From Promethearchaeota archaeon (lineage in GTDB: Archaea; Asgardarchaeota; Lokiarchaeia; Sigyniarchaeales; SOKP01): 64,000 nucleotides of DNA. Of the stretch, positions 32,962 to 43,854 are shown piece after piece. Both the position numbers and the translations under genes were made by a program. Numbering within the stretch: the stretch's first letter is position 1; every line of letters begins with the position of its first letter. The DNA is taken from assembly GCA_019058295.1 (NCBI GenBank), contig JAHPZI010000014.1, positions 47,935 through 111,934 of the forward strand, given 5' to 3'. The notes under the pieces were generated by a model that saw only the letters and a program-made list of their open reading frames with translations, made no database searches and was not told the origin of the DNA.

Positions 32962-33864
32962 CTAAAATTCTCTTTCTAAACCTAAAAAATAATCCTCCAA
33001 ATATTTATATAGTTTAATATCTCCTGAGAATTCTTTATGTAGAATATATTCTTTAGAAATTTGGATTTTTAATAACTTCATAAGATCTTTAATTTCAAAA
33101 AAATTCCCAGAAGCAAAAATGGTTAAAGAAAAATGGTTTTTATCAATTTGATCGTATAAAATTATTTTTTTGTTCTTCTTATCTTCTAAATCAAATATAT
33201 GAATCTGTTTGATATTATACTTGTTAGTCCGTATTAAAGTATTCATTTCAATTGTAGCTAATTGCGCTGAAAAACTAGAATTATATAATTCAATATTTTC
33301 AGCGGTTATTTCTTTATTTAAATTATTTAAAAGAGTTGGCTCGAACAATTTTGATATTATTGGTAATCCTTGGCTTGAGATTCCTCCATATAATAATTTA
33401 TTAGTTGTATCATGATCAACTTCTTGTTTTATTTCCTCATGTTCTAAAAGAATTTCATATTTACTACATAAAAAATCAGTAATATTATTAATAATTTCTT
33501 TAAATATTGGTTTTTTTGAACATCTTTCTAATAGATCTCCAGTATTATAATTAGCATTAACCTTTTGATAAAATTCTCCTAACATATTTTGAATCTCTTG
33601 AGAACTTTCTTCGTATTCACCGCTCACTAAAAAAAATAAATTTTTATTGGTTTCAGAAAGCTCATGTCGAATAAATAATCGTTCTTTTTCCTTGTCACTC
33701 TTTAAATAAATACTATTTAACCGCCATGTTCGTTTAGGATTAAAACTTCTAATGAGCTTCTCAACGAATAAAATTATTTCGAAGATATTATATTTTTCTT
33801 CGTTCGAACAATAAAGTATTTCATCTTTTAAGACAATTCCGTAGCTTATCTGTGTTTTTGTCAT
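32962..33864 (-). CDS. Hypothetical protein, probable longin plus roadblock-like domains
   Basis: Longin-like beta-beta-alpha-beta-beta-beta-alpha pattern; second domain begins ISSQGLPIISK. Confidence 0.55.
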   Translation of the reverse strand: MTKTQISYGIVLKDEILYCSNEEKYNIFEIILFVEKLIRSFNPKRTWRLNSIYLKSDKEKERLFIRHELSETNKNLFFLVSGEYEESSQEIQNMLGEFYQKVNANYNTGDLLERCSKKPIFKEIINNITDFLCSKYEILLEHEEIKQEVDHDTTNKLLYGGISSQGLPIISKLFEPTLLNNLNKEITAENIELYNSSFSAQLATIEMNTLIRTNKYNIKQIHIFDLEDKKNKKIILYDQIDKNHFSLTIFASGNFFEIKDLMKLLKIQISKEYILHKEFSGDIKLYKYLEDYFLGLEREF

Positions 33865-34141
33865 GAGTAAGAATCTTAATACTTATAAAAGCTCTTAATT
33901 TTAAGTATTTTAAAGACAAAAAAGTAAAAATTTTTTAAGGCTTCTTCTTATCTTCTAAAAAGAATAAGTATTTTAATCTTTTATGAAAATTAATCAAAAA
34001 TATTAATTTCCAATTATTTTAGAAATTAATAAGATTTAATATATCATTTACTAAAGAAAAATGATATAAATTTATACGAATAGGAATTTGGAATTACATC
34101 CTATTAAAAAGCAATAATATCATTAAAAAAAATGGTTTTAG

Positions 34142-34948
34142 ATGGGGTCAAGAATTTTAAAACATACTGAAAGAGAGAAAATTCACAAAGCTGCAGAACT
34201 TCTTTTTAATTCTAAAAGTGCCGTCGTATTGACGGGAGCGGGTATTTCGACAGAATCAGGAATACCCGATTTTAGAGGTGATCATGGAATATGGGAAAAA
34301 TACAAACCCGAGATATACGGAAACATAAAATCTTTTATACGTGACCCTCAGAAATTTTGGCAAATGGCTGAAAAAGTAGCACCTAAATTATTCACAGCAA
34401 AACCTAATCCTGGTCATATTGCGCTCGCTGAACTTGAGGATATGGATCTTCTTAAAGCAATTATCACTCAAAATATTGATGATTTACACCAGAAAGCTGG
34501 TTCAGTATTAGTATATGAGGTTCATGGTAATATTAATCGATTTAATTGTTTTGGATGTAGAGCATCATACACAAAAAAACAAGTACTACAAAAATTGAAA
34601 AAAGAAAAAAGTTTTCCTCCTACATGTGATATATGCACTGCTCCATTAAAACCATCAGTTGTTCTGTTTGGAGAAGGTCTACCTACTTTTGAAATTTATC
34701 AATCCCAGGCATTAGCGCAAAAAGCAGATGTCATGTTAATTGCTGGATCTTCACTTTCAGTTGCTCCTGTTTGTGATTTACCGGCTTATACTTTAAGTGA
34801 AGGTGGCAAATTAATAATCATAAATGATAGACCTACACATTTAGATGATAAAGCAGAAATTGTAATTCATCATAAAACTGGAACAATTTTGCCCTTAATC
34901 GTTGAAGAAATTAAAAAACTCAAGGCAGAAAAAGACTCAAATGTATAA
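34142..34948 (+). CDS. cobB: NAD-dependent protein deacylase (sirtuin)
   Basis: GAGISTESGIPDFRG, TQNIDDLH, HGN, CxxC...CxxC, KPSVVLFGE. Confidence 0.95.
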   Translation: MGSRILKHTEREKIHKAAELLFNSKSAVVLTGAGISTESGIPDFRGDHGIWEKYKPEIYGNIKSFIRDPQKFWQMAEKVAPKLFTAKPNPGHIALAELEDMDLLKAIITQNIDDLHQKAGSVLVYEVHGNINRFNCFGCRASYTKKQVLQKLKKEKSFPPTCDICTAPLKPSVVLFGEGLPTFEIYQSQALAQKADVMLIAGSSLSVAPVCDLPAYTLSEGGKLIIINDRPTHLDDKAEIVIHHKTGTILPLIVEEIKKLKAEKDSNV

Positions 34949-36527
34949 TGAAAACATAATTGTAAAGGATTGGCGAAATGTTGACCTATCATTTGGGCTG
35001 ATTTACCCTAATGTTTATAAGATTGCTATGTCATCCTATTCAATTAGACTTCTTTACTTTATGATAAATTCGCACGAAAATTATGTTTGTGAGCGGATTT
35101 TCTTACCTGAGCGTATAAAATTTCCTGCCTCTCAAGATACAACTTCTGAAGACAGACTTAGAAGCATTGAAAATAAAATTCTTCCGAACCAATTTGATAT
35201 ATTAGGATTTTCAATCCAATTTGAAAATGATTTTAAGAATATTTTATGGATATTAGAGAAAGCAGGGATTCCCTTAAATTATAAAGAGCGTAAAGAATCC
35301 TTTATTCAAAAAAAAGGAATATTCCCACTTATTGTCGGGGGAGGTCCTGTAGCAACTTCTAATCCTATGCCTTTAAGTAAAGTATTTGATCTTTTTTTTA
35401 TAGGAGATTCAGAACCAAATTTAGATTTCATCCTTAAATTATTTTTAAAGTACAAATCTAAAAACATAACCTTCCTCAAATTTTTAAAATTAGCAACTTC
35501 TATTGAAGGTATTTACGTTCCTTCTCTTAGTAATAAGGTTAGAAGAGCTGTTCTTAAAAATCTTGACGATTCATCAATTCCCAATTCCCAATTAATTACC
35601 AAAACTTCAAGTGAAAATGCGATATTTGAAGATAGATTTTTTATTGAAATAAATAGAGGCTGTCCGTTTCAATGCAAATTTTGTATTTCATCGTTTCATA
35701 ATTCTCCTTTTAGAAATAGAAGTTTTGAAAACATATCAAATGCTATAGAAGAAGGAATAAGATATTCGGATTTTAAAACAATTAGTCTAATCGGTTCCTG
35801 TGTTTCTGCCCACCCAAAATTCTCCGAGATATGTGAATTTATAATTAATAAAGATAAAAGATTATCAATTCCTTCAATTCGAATAGAGCATCTAACATCT
35901 GAAGTGATTCAAATTCTTGAAAAAGGGGATATTAAAACAATTACAGTAGCACCAGAGACAGGATCGGAAAAATTAAGATATGAGTTAGGAAAAAAAATCT
36001 CAAACGATAAGATAATTTTACTCCTTAAAGAACTTAAAGATTCCAAAATTAAAAACGTAAAATTATATTTTTTAATAGGGCTCCCTAACGAAACTAAGCA
36101 CGAAATAGACGAGACAATTGAATTCCTAAAAGAATTAGCTAATATAAATTTTGATAGAGCTTCTCTTAGAGTAAGTGTTAATCCATTAGTTCCTAAATTA
36201 AATACACCCTATGAAAAAGAGATTAACTCTTTTTTAAAAGAAAATATTAGGACCTTTAAGTTAAAATATCAAAAATTAGAACAAGAATTAAAAAATATTT
36301 CGACAATTAAATTAAAATTTTTAAATTTAAAGGGTATTATTAATAATGCTAAATTACAAGCTTTAATTTCTCTTGGGGATGAAAATATATGTGATCTTCT
36401 TATAAATTACTATTTAAACGGGGCTAATTTTGGATCTTTAAGAAGAACCCAAAAAGAGCAAAATTTCTCTATTGACGATTATTTCCTAAAAATCAAAGGT
36501 TGTTATACTCCTTGGAAATTTAACTAA
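34941..36527 (+). CDS. Radical SAM protein with B12-binding-like N-terminal domain
   Basis: RGCPFQCKFC, YPNVY, APETGS, YFLIGLP; ATG overlaps the cobB stop. Confidence 0.88.
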   Translation: MYNENIIVKDWRNVDLSFGLIYPNVYKIAMSSYSIRLLYFMINSHENYVCERIFLPERIKFPASQDTTSEDRLRSIENKILPNQFDILGFSIQFENDFKNILWILEKAGIPLNYKERKESFIQKKGIFPLIVGGGPVATSNPMPLSKVFDLFFIGDSEPNLDFILKLFLKYKSKNITFLKFLKLATSIEGIYVPSLSNKVRRAVLKNLDDSSIPNSQLITKTSSENAIFEDRFFIEINRGCPFQCKFCISSFHNSPFRNRSFENISNAIEEGIRYSDFKTISLIGSCVSAHPKFSEICEFIINKDKRLSIPSIRIEHLTSEVIQILEKGDIKTITVAPETGSEKLRYELGKKISNDKIILLLKELKDSKIKNVKLYFLIGLPNETKHEIDETIEFLKELANINFDRASLRVSVNPLVPKLNTPYEKEINSFLKENIRTFKLKYQKLEQELKNISTIKLKFLNLKGIINNAKLQALISLGDENICDLLINYYLNGANFGSLRRTQKEQNFSIDDYFLKIKGCYTPWKFN

Positions 36528-36533
36528 AAATCA

Positions 36534-37337
36534 TCAAAAGTTTAAAGTTTTCTTAGTAAAATTAACAACTTTCTGTAAGTAATATTCAGCAACACCAAAT
36601 TTTGTCCTTGTATCAAAAACTAAAATTACAAAATACAAATCTGCGATATAATCAGAAAAAATAAGTTCATTGTTTTTAGATGTATAGAATAATTTTAATA
36701 TTGAATTATTACAGATTTTGACTCGAAAATCAACTTCTTTTGAAAAATTTCGTAGATCTATTCTCTTTAATGTAGAATAAATTACACGCCCTTTATCAGT
36801 TAATAAAATAATTCCCTTTATTTCAGTATTTAAGGAAAGTTCTTTTAAAAAATCAATAATTTTCTCTTCTTTTCGTAAATCAAATTCGGTGCTCAATGTA
36901 TCTTTTATTAGGGCATCTATCTTGAGATCAAATTCTTCATCGTGAATGTATTCCATGTTGATATCAATATTATTCTTACTTATATAATTAATAAATTGAG
37001 CATTAATTTTTGAGGCGATTTCATCTAAAAAAATAATATTTTCAGTTGCCTCTGTTAAAAAGCCATAATAAATTGTATTTTTTTCAAATACAACTAATTT
37101 TACATCCGGCATTTCTATTGTTTTTACTTCATTTTTCAAAAGTTCCCTTGTAAATGACATTAGAGCTGAAAAAAAAGAACTTATAATTTGTTTACTTCCT
37201 ATCTCGTAAGAAGATGTGAAGTTTCTACTATATAAACAGATTCCAGGCTTATTGAATATAAATAAGTTATGGATTTTCTTTTTAAAAGCAGATCTTTTTA
37301 TTTTAAATAGTACTTTGGTTTTATCTTCGATGATCAT
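36534..37337 (-). CDS. Longin-domain protein with C-terminal roadblock/longin-like domain
   Basis: LFIFNKPGICLYSR...SSFFSALMSF longin pattern; GIILLTDKGRVIYS. Confidence 0.7.
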   Translation of the reverse strand: MIIEDKTKVLFKIKRSAFKKKIHNLFIFNKPGICLYSRNFTSSYEIGSKQIISSFFSALMSFTRELLKNEVKTIEMPDVKLVVFEKNTIYYGFLTEATENIIFLDEIASKINAQFINYISKNNIDINMEYIHDEEFDLKIDALIKDTLSTEFDLRKEEKIIDFLKELSLNTEIKGIILLTDKGRVIYSTLKRIDLRNFSKEVDFRVKICNNSILKLFYTSKNNELIFSDYIADLYFVILVFDTRTKFGVAEYYLQKVVNFTKKTLNF

Positions 37338-37563
37338 ATTATTTTTTTAAATTTAAAATATAAAAAGCTCGATTTTTCGTTGAAAGAAATTATGTTTGGA
37401 ATTCAAAAGTTCATTAATAACTTAATAAAAGATCAAAAATTAATTATTAAAACCATTTATTTTATAAATTGCTAATCGATACATTTAAAAAGATTAGTAT
37501 TAAAAATTAATATAATACAATCTATTTTAAATAAAAATCTAAAAAAAATTGGATGAAAGCAAT

Positions 37564-39372
37564 ATGAATAAAAAAATTTTATACGCGTTTATTTTTACAT
37601 CCATTTTTATAGTAAGCACCGTATCAGTGATAGCTCAACCTGCTGCTGCTGCTCATTGGAAATTAGGGATCCCAGAAGAGGCAAAAGGAATGGAAGTGGA
37701 GAGCGAAGTTACAGTATATGATAAGGACGCTTGGGAAGAACATGTAGGCCCTGAACATAATGATAAGGTTACAGAAGTATATGCAGGGGATTCAGATGAA
37801 GTTGGTGCAAGATCAAAAACAAAAGTTAATGATTTCGAGGGCGAAAAAATTGATTTCTTCAGTGATTTTGTAATGACAATGGATGTACCACTTGATGAAA
37901 ATGGTCAGCCACTAGAAATTATGGGAAGATCACTTACAGATTATTGGTCTGCGGTTACTACTGCAAATAGCATTTTGAGGGAAATCGCATATAGAGATGA
38001 GGACGCACTCGCTGATGACCCACCTTTTGCTAATGTTACTACTGTAAAGCCTTCGCTAGACCTTAATGCATCTATTGGTGGCGCTATAGATTGTGGCCCC
38101 ATCGCGCAACTAGAAATTTTAACACAGCTAATATGGCAACTCAAAAATCCGGCCTTTCCAGATGTAAATCCATTTGACTGGGGAGATCCTAACCATCGAG
38201 CAGGAGCCGTTGCAACAGAGGCGATGAATTATGATGAAAACAGTCCTATGCAGATCTGTAATTGGTCAGATTATCTTCAATGGATAACAGAAATTGGGAT
38301 ATTAAGTGAAGAACAAAGCCGGGAAAAGTATAATACAGAATATTCAGGAACTGAAATTGATATAGATTATTGGGATTATGTCACGGACGGGGATTATGAT
38401 TCCAATCCAGATGAGGATGATTGGATCCGTCCTATCCTAAACGATCCACATGCCTATTATGATATATATCAAAAATTCATAGGATACTTGGGTGAGCAAC
38501 TTGGTTATGCGGATAAGATAATAGAAGCGATAAAACATATTAAAGGTATATATCAAAATTGTTATCCCGTTCCTTCATTGGGTCCTATTTTAGGAGTCAA
38601 TCAAACGATTTTCTGGTATGCATCTCATCTAGCAGTCGATATGGCATTACAAGGGATGTATAATCTTACAGATCCTGATAATGCCGATAAACTACTTCTA
38701 TATAATCAAGCACTTGCGACTGGAAATTTAGTTACTTTATATCTTGATGGTCTTCTTGATGCAAGTGGCACGAATATTCTTCAACAATATTTCGACTATC
38801 CTGCTGGACTCAACTATATTAGGCATTTCATCGTGGATGAAGTCCCAATGCAGAAGAAAGAATTCTTGGCTCTCTTATTTGAACAAGGAATATATGCCAT
38901 GCAACCTGTGGATAAATACCTTGAGAAAATAATCGATGATTTCGATATTGATGATGATGCGATCTGGGGAGATAATTTTGTAACTGATGGACTAGTGGCG
39001 ATGGATGCTTTAAATAGAGGTGGGATTTCAGTTGACGGTAAAGAAGTCACTGTAGAATATGATTGGGTGTATTTGGTATATGATACTCCTGATGGAATTG
39101 TCCAAGTAGAAGATGAAGCCATGGTACCGGGATTAATAGAGGCGGGTATTATTCCTGCGGGTGCAGAACCTCGTAAAGACTATGAGATCATCTATACTTA
39201 TGGTGATACTGGAGGTCAAATTGCAATTGAATATAAGGGGTCTGATACATTCTTCAAGGTTGAAAGTATTGCACCACTTATTCCTGGCTATGAAATTACG
39301 ATCTTATTAGCCTCAGCCGCAATTTCTGCAATTGCACTTATCTATGTCGTTATGAAAAAGAAAAGGATGTAA
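37564..39372 (+). CDS. Secreted, membrane-anchored surface protein with IPGY-TM-basic C-terminal sorting signal (Loki-CTERM-like)
   Basis: Signal peptide MNKK-hydrophobic-AAAAH; IPGYEITILLASAAISAIALIYVVMKKKRM. Confidence 0.85.
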   Translation: MNKKILYAFIFTSIFIVSTVSVIAQPAAAAHWKLGIPEEAKGMEVESEVTVYDKDAWEEHVGPEHNDKVTEVYAGDSDEVGARSKTKVNDFEGEKIDFFSDFVMTMDVPLDENGQPLEIMGRSLTDYWSAVTTANSILREIAYRDEDALADDPPFANVTTVKPSLDLNASIGGAIDCGPIAQLEILTQLIWQLKNPAFPDVNPFDWGDPNHRAGAVATEAMNYDENSPMQICNWSDYLQWITEIGILSEEQSREKYNTEYSGTEIDIDYWDYVTDGDYDSNPDEDDWIRPILNDPHAYYDIYQKFIGYLGEQLGYADKIIEAIKHIKGIYQNCYPVPSLGPILGVNQTIFWYASHLAVDMALQGMYNLTDPDNADKLLLYNQALATGNLVTLYLDGLLDASGTNILQQYFDYPAGLNYIRHFIVDEVPMQKKEFLALLFEQGIYAMQPVDKYLEKIIDDFDIDDDAIWGDNFVTDGLVAMDALNRGGISVDGKEVTVEYDWVYLVYDTPDGIVQVEDEAMVPGLIEAGIIPAGAEPRKDYEIIYTYGDTGGQIAIEYKGSDTFFKVESIAPLIPGYEITILLASAAISAIALIYVVMKKKRM

Positions 39373-39848
39373 AAACTATTGAATTTTTAAAATTTATTAT
39401 TTATTATTATTTTTTTTTTTCCATTTTTATGAATTTTTTAATTTTTAGTAAAATCTAATTTCGTCTTTTTTAAAATATTAAGTAATCTTTGATTTATTTT
39501 TCTCAGTAATTGTTTTTAGAATTTCACCAATTTTCAATTTCAATGCAACTGTTTAAAAATTATTCTAATTGTTAATCATGTTAAATTTAAGATAATCATT
39601 CAAAAGTGTTGATTTTACGATGAGATCGATGGTAAATATTCATGCTTTTTCGTAAAATGATTGATTTCGCTTACATTTTTGAATTATTTTGTGTAACTAA
39701 AAAATGCATTTAGACCAACATTATTAACATTCTATGATGGTTTAACCTTAAAGTTTAAAAACAAGCTTAACTAATCAATATTTAAATTTAAAATATTTTT
39801 AAATTTATTTTTAAATTATATTTAAAACAATAATGGAGGAATATAAAA

Positions 39849-40049
39849 ATGGCTAAAAAGAAAGCAGGAGCTGAGGCCCTTTTTGTTAAGAGCAAAGTTC
39901 GAGAATATATTAAATCGAAAGGATGCAATACGAGTGGAGATGTAATCGATGGAGCTTCTCTTAACGATGCGATAATAGACGTTCTCGATAAAGCAATAGG
40001 CAGGGCTAAAGCTAATGGCAGAAAGACCGTTCAAGAAAAGGATTTATAA
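39849..40049 (+). CDS. Histone-fold protein (DUF1931 / face-to-face type)
   Basis: LFVKSKVREYIK...AIGRAKANGRKTVQEKDL (RxTxxxxD clamp); GGAGG SD. Confidence 0.85.
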   Translation: MAKKKAGAEALFVKSKVREYIKSKGCNTSGDVIDGASLNDAIIDVLDKAIGRAKANGRKTVQEKDL

Positions 40050-40194
40050 TTAATTAATTTAAAAATTTAATTTTTCTTTTTTTTCTAATTCTAATTTTCT
40101 TTTTATTTTTTAATATAAATTAGTAAATTATAGCAGTATTAGAATATAAATTACAGATTAAACAAATAAAAATTAACACACACCTAACCTAATA

Positions 40195-40264
40195 AAGAAT
40201 AAACTTTCCTTCAAATCGCCTTATCAGATAACCCTTTTTTAGAGAATAGGAAAACTTTATTCTT
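40195..40264. terminator. Long imperfect inverted repeat between the convergent histone and nikR genes
   Basis: Arms AAGAATAAACTTTCCT and AGGAAAACTTTATTCTT. Confidence 0.4.
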
Positions 40265-40284
40265 ATTACTCTTTTTTTAATACA

Positions 40285-40848
40285 TTATTCGATTGAATCA
40301 ATGCTATCTTCTTTATCAACAACATAAAATCCAACTGATAATACGCTCTTTAAACCTTGAAGTTGGTCTCTTAAATTTTTTACTCTCTCATAAGGACCTG
40401 ATACTGCGATAATTTCCATACATTTTTCATACTCTAAATGGATATGTAAAGTTGAAAGGATAACATCTTCGTGGTGATGCTGTATATCTGTTGATAAAAG
40501 TGAATCGGTTTGCTGAACATTTGCGTAAATAGGTTTAGAAATATATTTATGAGCGTGTTGATGATCATGATCGTGATGATGTTTAGTATTTATGTCAGAA
40601 GCAAGACCATCAAGGACTTCATCAACCTCTTTGATATGTTCGTGAGCCATAATCATTGTAATGCATCCCGCAACGTTTCCTGATGATTCAGCAATATTTT
40701 CTTCGCTAATCATGAAAGATTTCATAGCCTTTCTAATGCTTTCGGATCTTGCCCATTTTTTTTTTTTTCTTAAAGACTCGAAGGCTTCATATAATTTTTT
40801 TGGAAGAGAAACAGTGAATCGCTTATAATCTTCCTTATCTTCTTCCAT
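40285..40848 (-). CDS. nikR: NikR-family nickel-responsive regulator with His-rich insert
   Basis: RHH motif RFTVSLP...RSESIRKA; QH...STLHIHL...CMEII. Confidence 0.88.
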   Translation of the reverse strand: MEEDKEDYKRFTVSLPKKLYEAFESLRKKKKWARSESIRKAMKSFMISEENIAESSGNVAGCITMIMAHEHIKEVDEVLDGLASDINTKHHHDHDHQHAHKYISKPIYANVQQTDSLLSTDIQHHHEDVILSTLHIHLEYEKCMEIIAVSGPYERVKNLRDQLQGLKSVLSVGFYVVDKEDSIDSIE

Positions 40849-40887
40849 TTAGATTCATTTTTTCCTTTATTAAATTAGAATACAAAT

Positions 40888-41625
40888 TTATGGCTTTCTT
40901 ATAAAAATAGCAATTGGTACACTTGCTTCACGCCACTGCGCGATTTTCCCAGAATACTCAAGATTTAATTTAGATCTCCCATGATCCCCCAGGATTATCA
41001 TTAAAGATTTTCTTCTAAGTTGTTTGTAATTGCTTAAAATCCATTTATCAGTACGTAGGATTAATTTTTGAATCAAATCTTCAGGAGTTCTTTGTTTTAA
41101 CTTTTGTTGTTGTTTGTGAAGATTCTCAAAATCTAAATAATGCATCCATGATAGGGGGTATGTATTAATTGTTTTGGCAGATTCCACCCATGTAGACATA
41201 TCTGTATCTTTAGAGATTGAGAGAGTTCCCCCATCATAACGCTCCAAATCTTTTTTTCTCGCAATAAAGCACGATTTTTTACCGTTATCATTAAGATATC
41301 TTAGTAGATGAAAACCGTTAGGTTCAATTTCAAAACCACCAAACATCAATTGGTGCAAAACGCCTAATGTATAAGGATTTTTTGTACTTAAAAGTAACAT
41401 TACTTCAGAGTTAGTTATCATAAATTGAGGTTTATGGTAAGTAATTTCAAATAAACCAAAGTTATCTATCATGTTAATACTTATTCGTTCAATATCCTGA
41501 TACATATCTAATATTGATTGAACCGGTTCAGAAATCGTATTTAATGGGGGCTTAAGACCTAATAATTGAATTATCGTCGCAGGTAATTGATTCAAATAAC
41601 ATTTTAAAGTTTGAAGTTCTGACAT
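40888..41625 (-). CDS. Divergent alkaline phosphatase superfamily protein
   Basis: LPATI...LLG, IDNFG, LDFENLH, TDKW, LGDHG, VPI. Confidence 0.6.
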   Translation of the reverse strand: MSELQTLKCYLNQLPATIIQLLGLKPPLNTISEPVQSILDMYQDIERISINMIDNFGLFEITYHKPQFMITNSEVMLLLSTKNPYTLGVLHQLMFGGFEIEPNGFHLLRYLNDNGKKSCFIARKKDLERYDGGTLSISKDTDMSTWVESAKTINTYPLSWMHYLDFENLHKQQQKLKQRTPEDLIQKLILRTDKWILSNYKQLRRKSLMIILGDHGRSKLNLEYSGKIAQWREASVPIAIFIRKP

Positions 41626-41785
41626 TTTTTAAATCGAATCTAATAATTAAATGTCTAATTTTATTTTTTCTAATTTCTTATATTTATTATAATCATATCA
41701 ATATAATTATTTTTAGTTATTCTTTATTTGTGTTTTATTGCTCATAAAATTTCTAATGTATTCGTTAAAAAAATCCCATATCAAA

Positions 41786-43078
41786 ATGAAATTATTATAT
41801 ATCGATGCGATTAATTCTGGAATATCGGGTGACATGTTTTTAGCTTCACTTTTAGGTCTTGTTCCAGCTTCAGATCCCATATTAAATGAATTAAAAAGCT
41901 TGAAAGATTACCTTCCAGGTGTGTCCAATTTACATATAGAATTAGTAAATATTAAGCGATCAGGTATTAAATTAAATAAACTTAAAATAGATATTAAAGA
42001 AAATAAGCATCAGCGAACTGCAAACGTTTTAAAAATCTCGTTAAATAAATTTCTGGAAGATAATAATTTTACAAATGAAGCCAAAAATTACGCTAATAAT
42101 GTATTAAATACTTTAATAAATGCAGAAGCAGATATACACGGTGAACTAATTGAAAACTTACATTTGCACGAGTTAAGTTCTGTTGATACATTAATAGATA
42201 TTATTGGTGTTTCAAGAGCATTGGAAACGATAGGTGTTTTCAATAATAATTTTAAAATATTTTGCAGTAAATTACCTTTAGGTGGGGGTACAATTAAAAC
42301 AGCCCATGGAATTTTACCTATACCAGCTCCCGCAACTTTGAAAATTTTAGAAAAATCGAATTTAGTGGTATATAATGGTCCAATTGAGAATGAATTAGTA
42401 ACTCCCACGGGAGCTGCATTATTAGCGAATTTAAACGCGATAAATTTTCAATGTGAAGTGAAACTTAATAAAGTTATATACAGTACGGGGCAAAAAGAAT
42501 TTAATAATTTTTTAAATATCTTGCGTTTATACTATGGAGAGATAGAGGGAGAGGAAGTCCTTATTGAAGCTCACCCTTTAAAAGATTATATCGAACCAAT
42601 AACGGTTTTAGAAACTAATGTTGACGATGTTTCAGGGGAAGTACTCGGAAACTTCATTAAAAAATTTAAAAATGAAGATATATTAGATATACAAATTATT
42701 CCAAGTATTACAAAAAAAAATAGACCGGGTCATAATATAAAGGTATTGTGTCGACCTGAAGATAAATTTAAAATTATTGAAAAAATTTTATACGAGTTAG
42801 GGACTTTAGGAGTAAGATTCAATACGATAAGTCGAGTCTGCGTTGAGAGAAAAATTGAAAATACTGATATTGAAATAAATGGAAAAATCTATGATTTAAG
42901 ATATAAAATCTCTTATTTTGATACTGAAACAGAAAGGAAGATCGTGAATATTAAGCCAGAAAACGAAGATCTTAGAAGAATTGCTGAGGATTCAGGACTT
43001 TCATTAAAAGAAATTCTATTTTTCACTCAAGCAAAAAGTGAGCAGTTCTATTATAAATATAAAAAGAATAACAAGTAA
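41786..43078 (+). CDS. larC: Nickel pincer cofactor biosynthesis protein LarC
   Basis: SGISGDMF, AEADIHG, HLHE, AHGILPIPAPAT, ELVTPTGAA, ETNVDD, TLGVR. Confidence 0.95.
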   Translation: MKLLYIDAINSGISGDMFLASLLGLVPASDPILNELKSLKDYLPGVSNLHIELVNIKRSGIKLNKLKIDIKENKHQRTANVLKISLNKFLEDNNFTNEAKNYANNVLNTLINAEADIHGELIENLHLHELSSVDTLIDIIGVSRALETIGVFNNNFKIFCSKLPLGGGTIKTAHGILPIPAPATLKILEKSNLVVYNGPIENELVTPTGAALLANLNAINFQCEVKLNKVIYSTGQKEFNNFLNILRLYYGEIEGEEVLIEAHPLKDYIEPITVLETNVDDVSGEVLGNFIKKFKNEDILDIQIIPSITKKNRPGHNIKVLCRPEDKFKIIEKILYELGTLGVRFNTISRVCVERKIENTDIEINGKIYDLRYKISYFDTETERKIVNIKPENEDLRRIAEDSGLSLKEILFFTQAKSEQFYYKYKKNNK

Positions 43079-43117
43079 ATAAAAAATAAAAAAATAATTT
43101 TGGTTGACAATACTAGC

Positions 43118-43657
43118 TTAATACTTATCGATATTGAATTCTTTAAGGTAGTATTCATCCTCAACCATTTGCTTTGAAAAATCACTTAAGCGTTGGAGTT
43201 CTTTTTTAATTTCTTTTACTTTTCGTAGTTTCCCGAGTTCTCGAAATATTTCTTCTGCATCTTCAAAAGCTTTAATACAATTTTCATAATTACCAGAAAC
43301 CTCAAGATCTTCGGCAAGATACAATAATCCTTCAGCAACATCCATTTTTTTCCCTAATTTTCGTTGAATCTTTAAAGATTCTTCATGATACTTTAAACTT
43401 TCAACATATTGCTTAAAGATGGAATGAGTTCTGCCTAAAGATCTTAAAACTATCGCTTCTTCTTCTTTAAGATTTTTTTCTCTACAATAACTTAGAATCT
43501 GGTTTAAGAATTGGAGATAAATCGATTTATCCTTTTGATCAATATAAGAAATAGCTTTCTCATATGATTCTAATGTATTCTTGATATCACCATCTTCAAA
43601 AAAAGTTTTAGATTGTTCAAAAAAATTGTTGCTCATAATTGCGACCATTGGTCTCAA
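43118..43657 (-). CDS. Tetratricopeptide repeat protein
   Basis: LGRTH...YVESLKYHEESLKI TPR motifs. Confidence 0.85.
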   Translation of the reverse strand: MRPMVAIMSNNFFEQSKTFFEDGDIKNTLESYEKAISYIDQKDKSIYLQFLNQILSYCREKNLKEEEAIVLRSLGRTHSIFKQYVESLKYHEESLKIQRKLGKKMDVAEGLLYLAEDLEVSGNYENCIKAFEDAEEIFRELGKLRKVKEIKKELQRLSDFSKQMVEDEYYLKEFNIDKY

Positions 43658-43854
43658 CTTGAATATCTTTAATTTTTTTAAATTAGATTTTAATTAAAAA
43701 TTAGTCCAATAATACATATATTCAAACCCATATTTAAAATTAATGATTTGTTTATTTAATCAAAAGTTTATTTGAATATACCCATTTTATTCCCATTTTA
43801 TAAAAAAAGTTCTCTTTTAAATCCCATTCTAAAGCTGTAATTATTATATTAAAA

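Noticed and set aside
43725-43832. Four CCCAT(T/A) direct repeats upstream of the TPR gene
   Set aside because: Short, irregularly spaced, no evidence of function.
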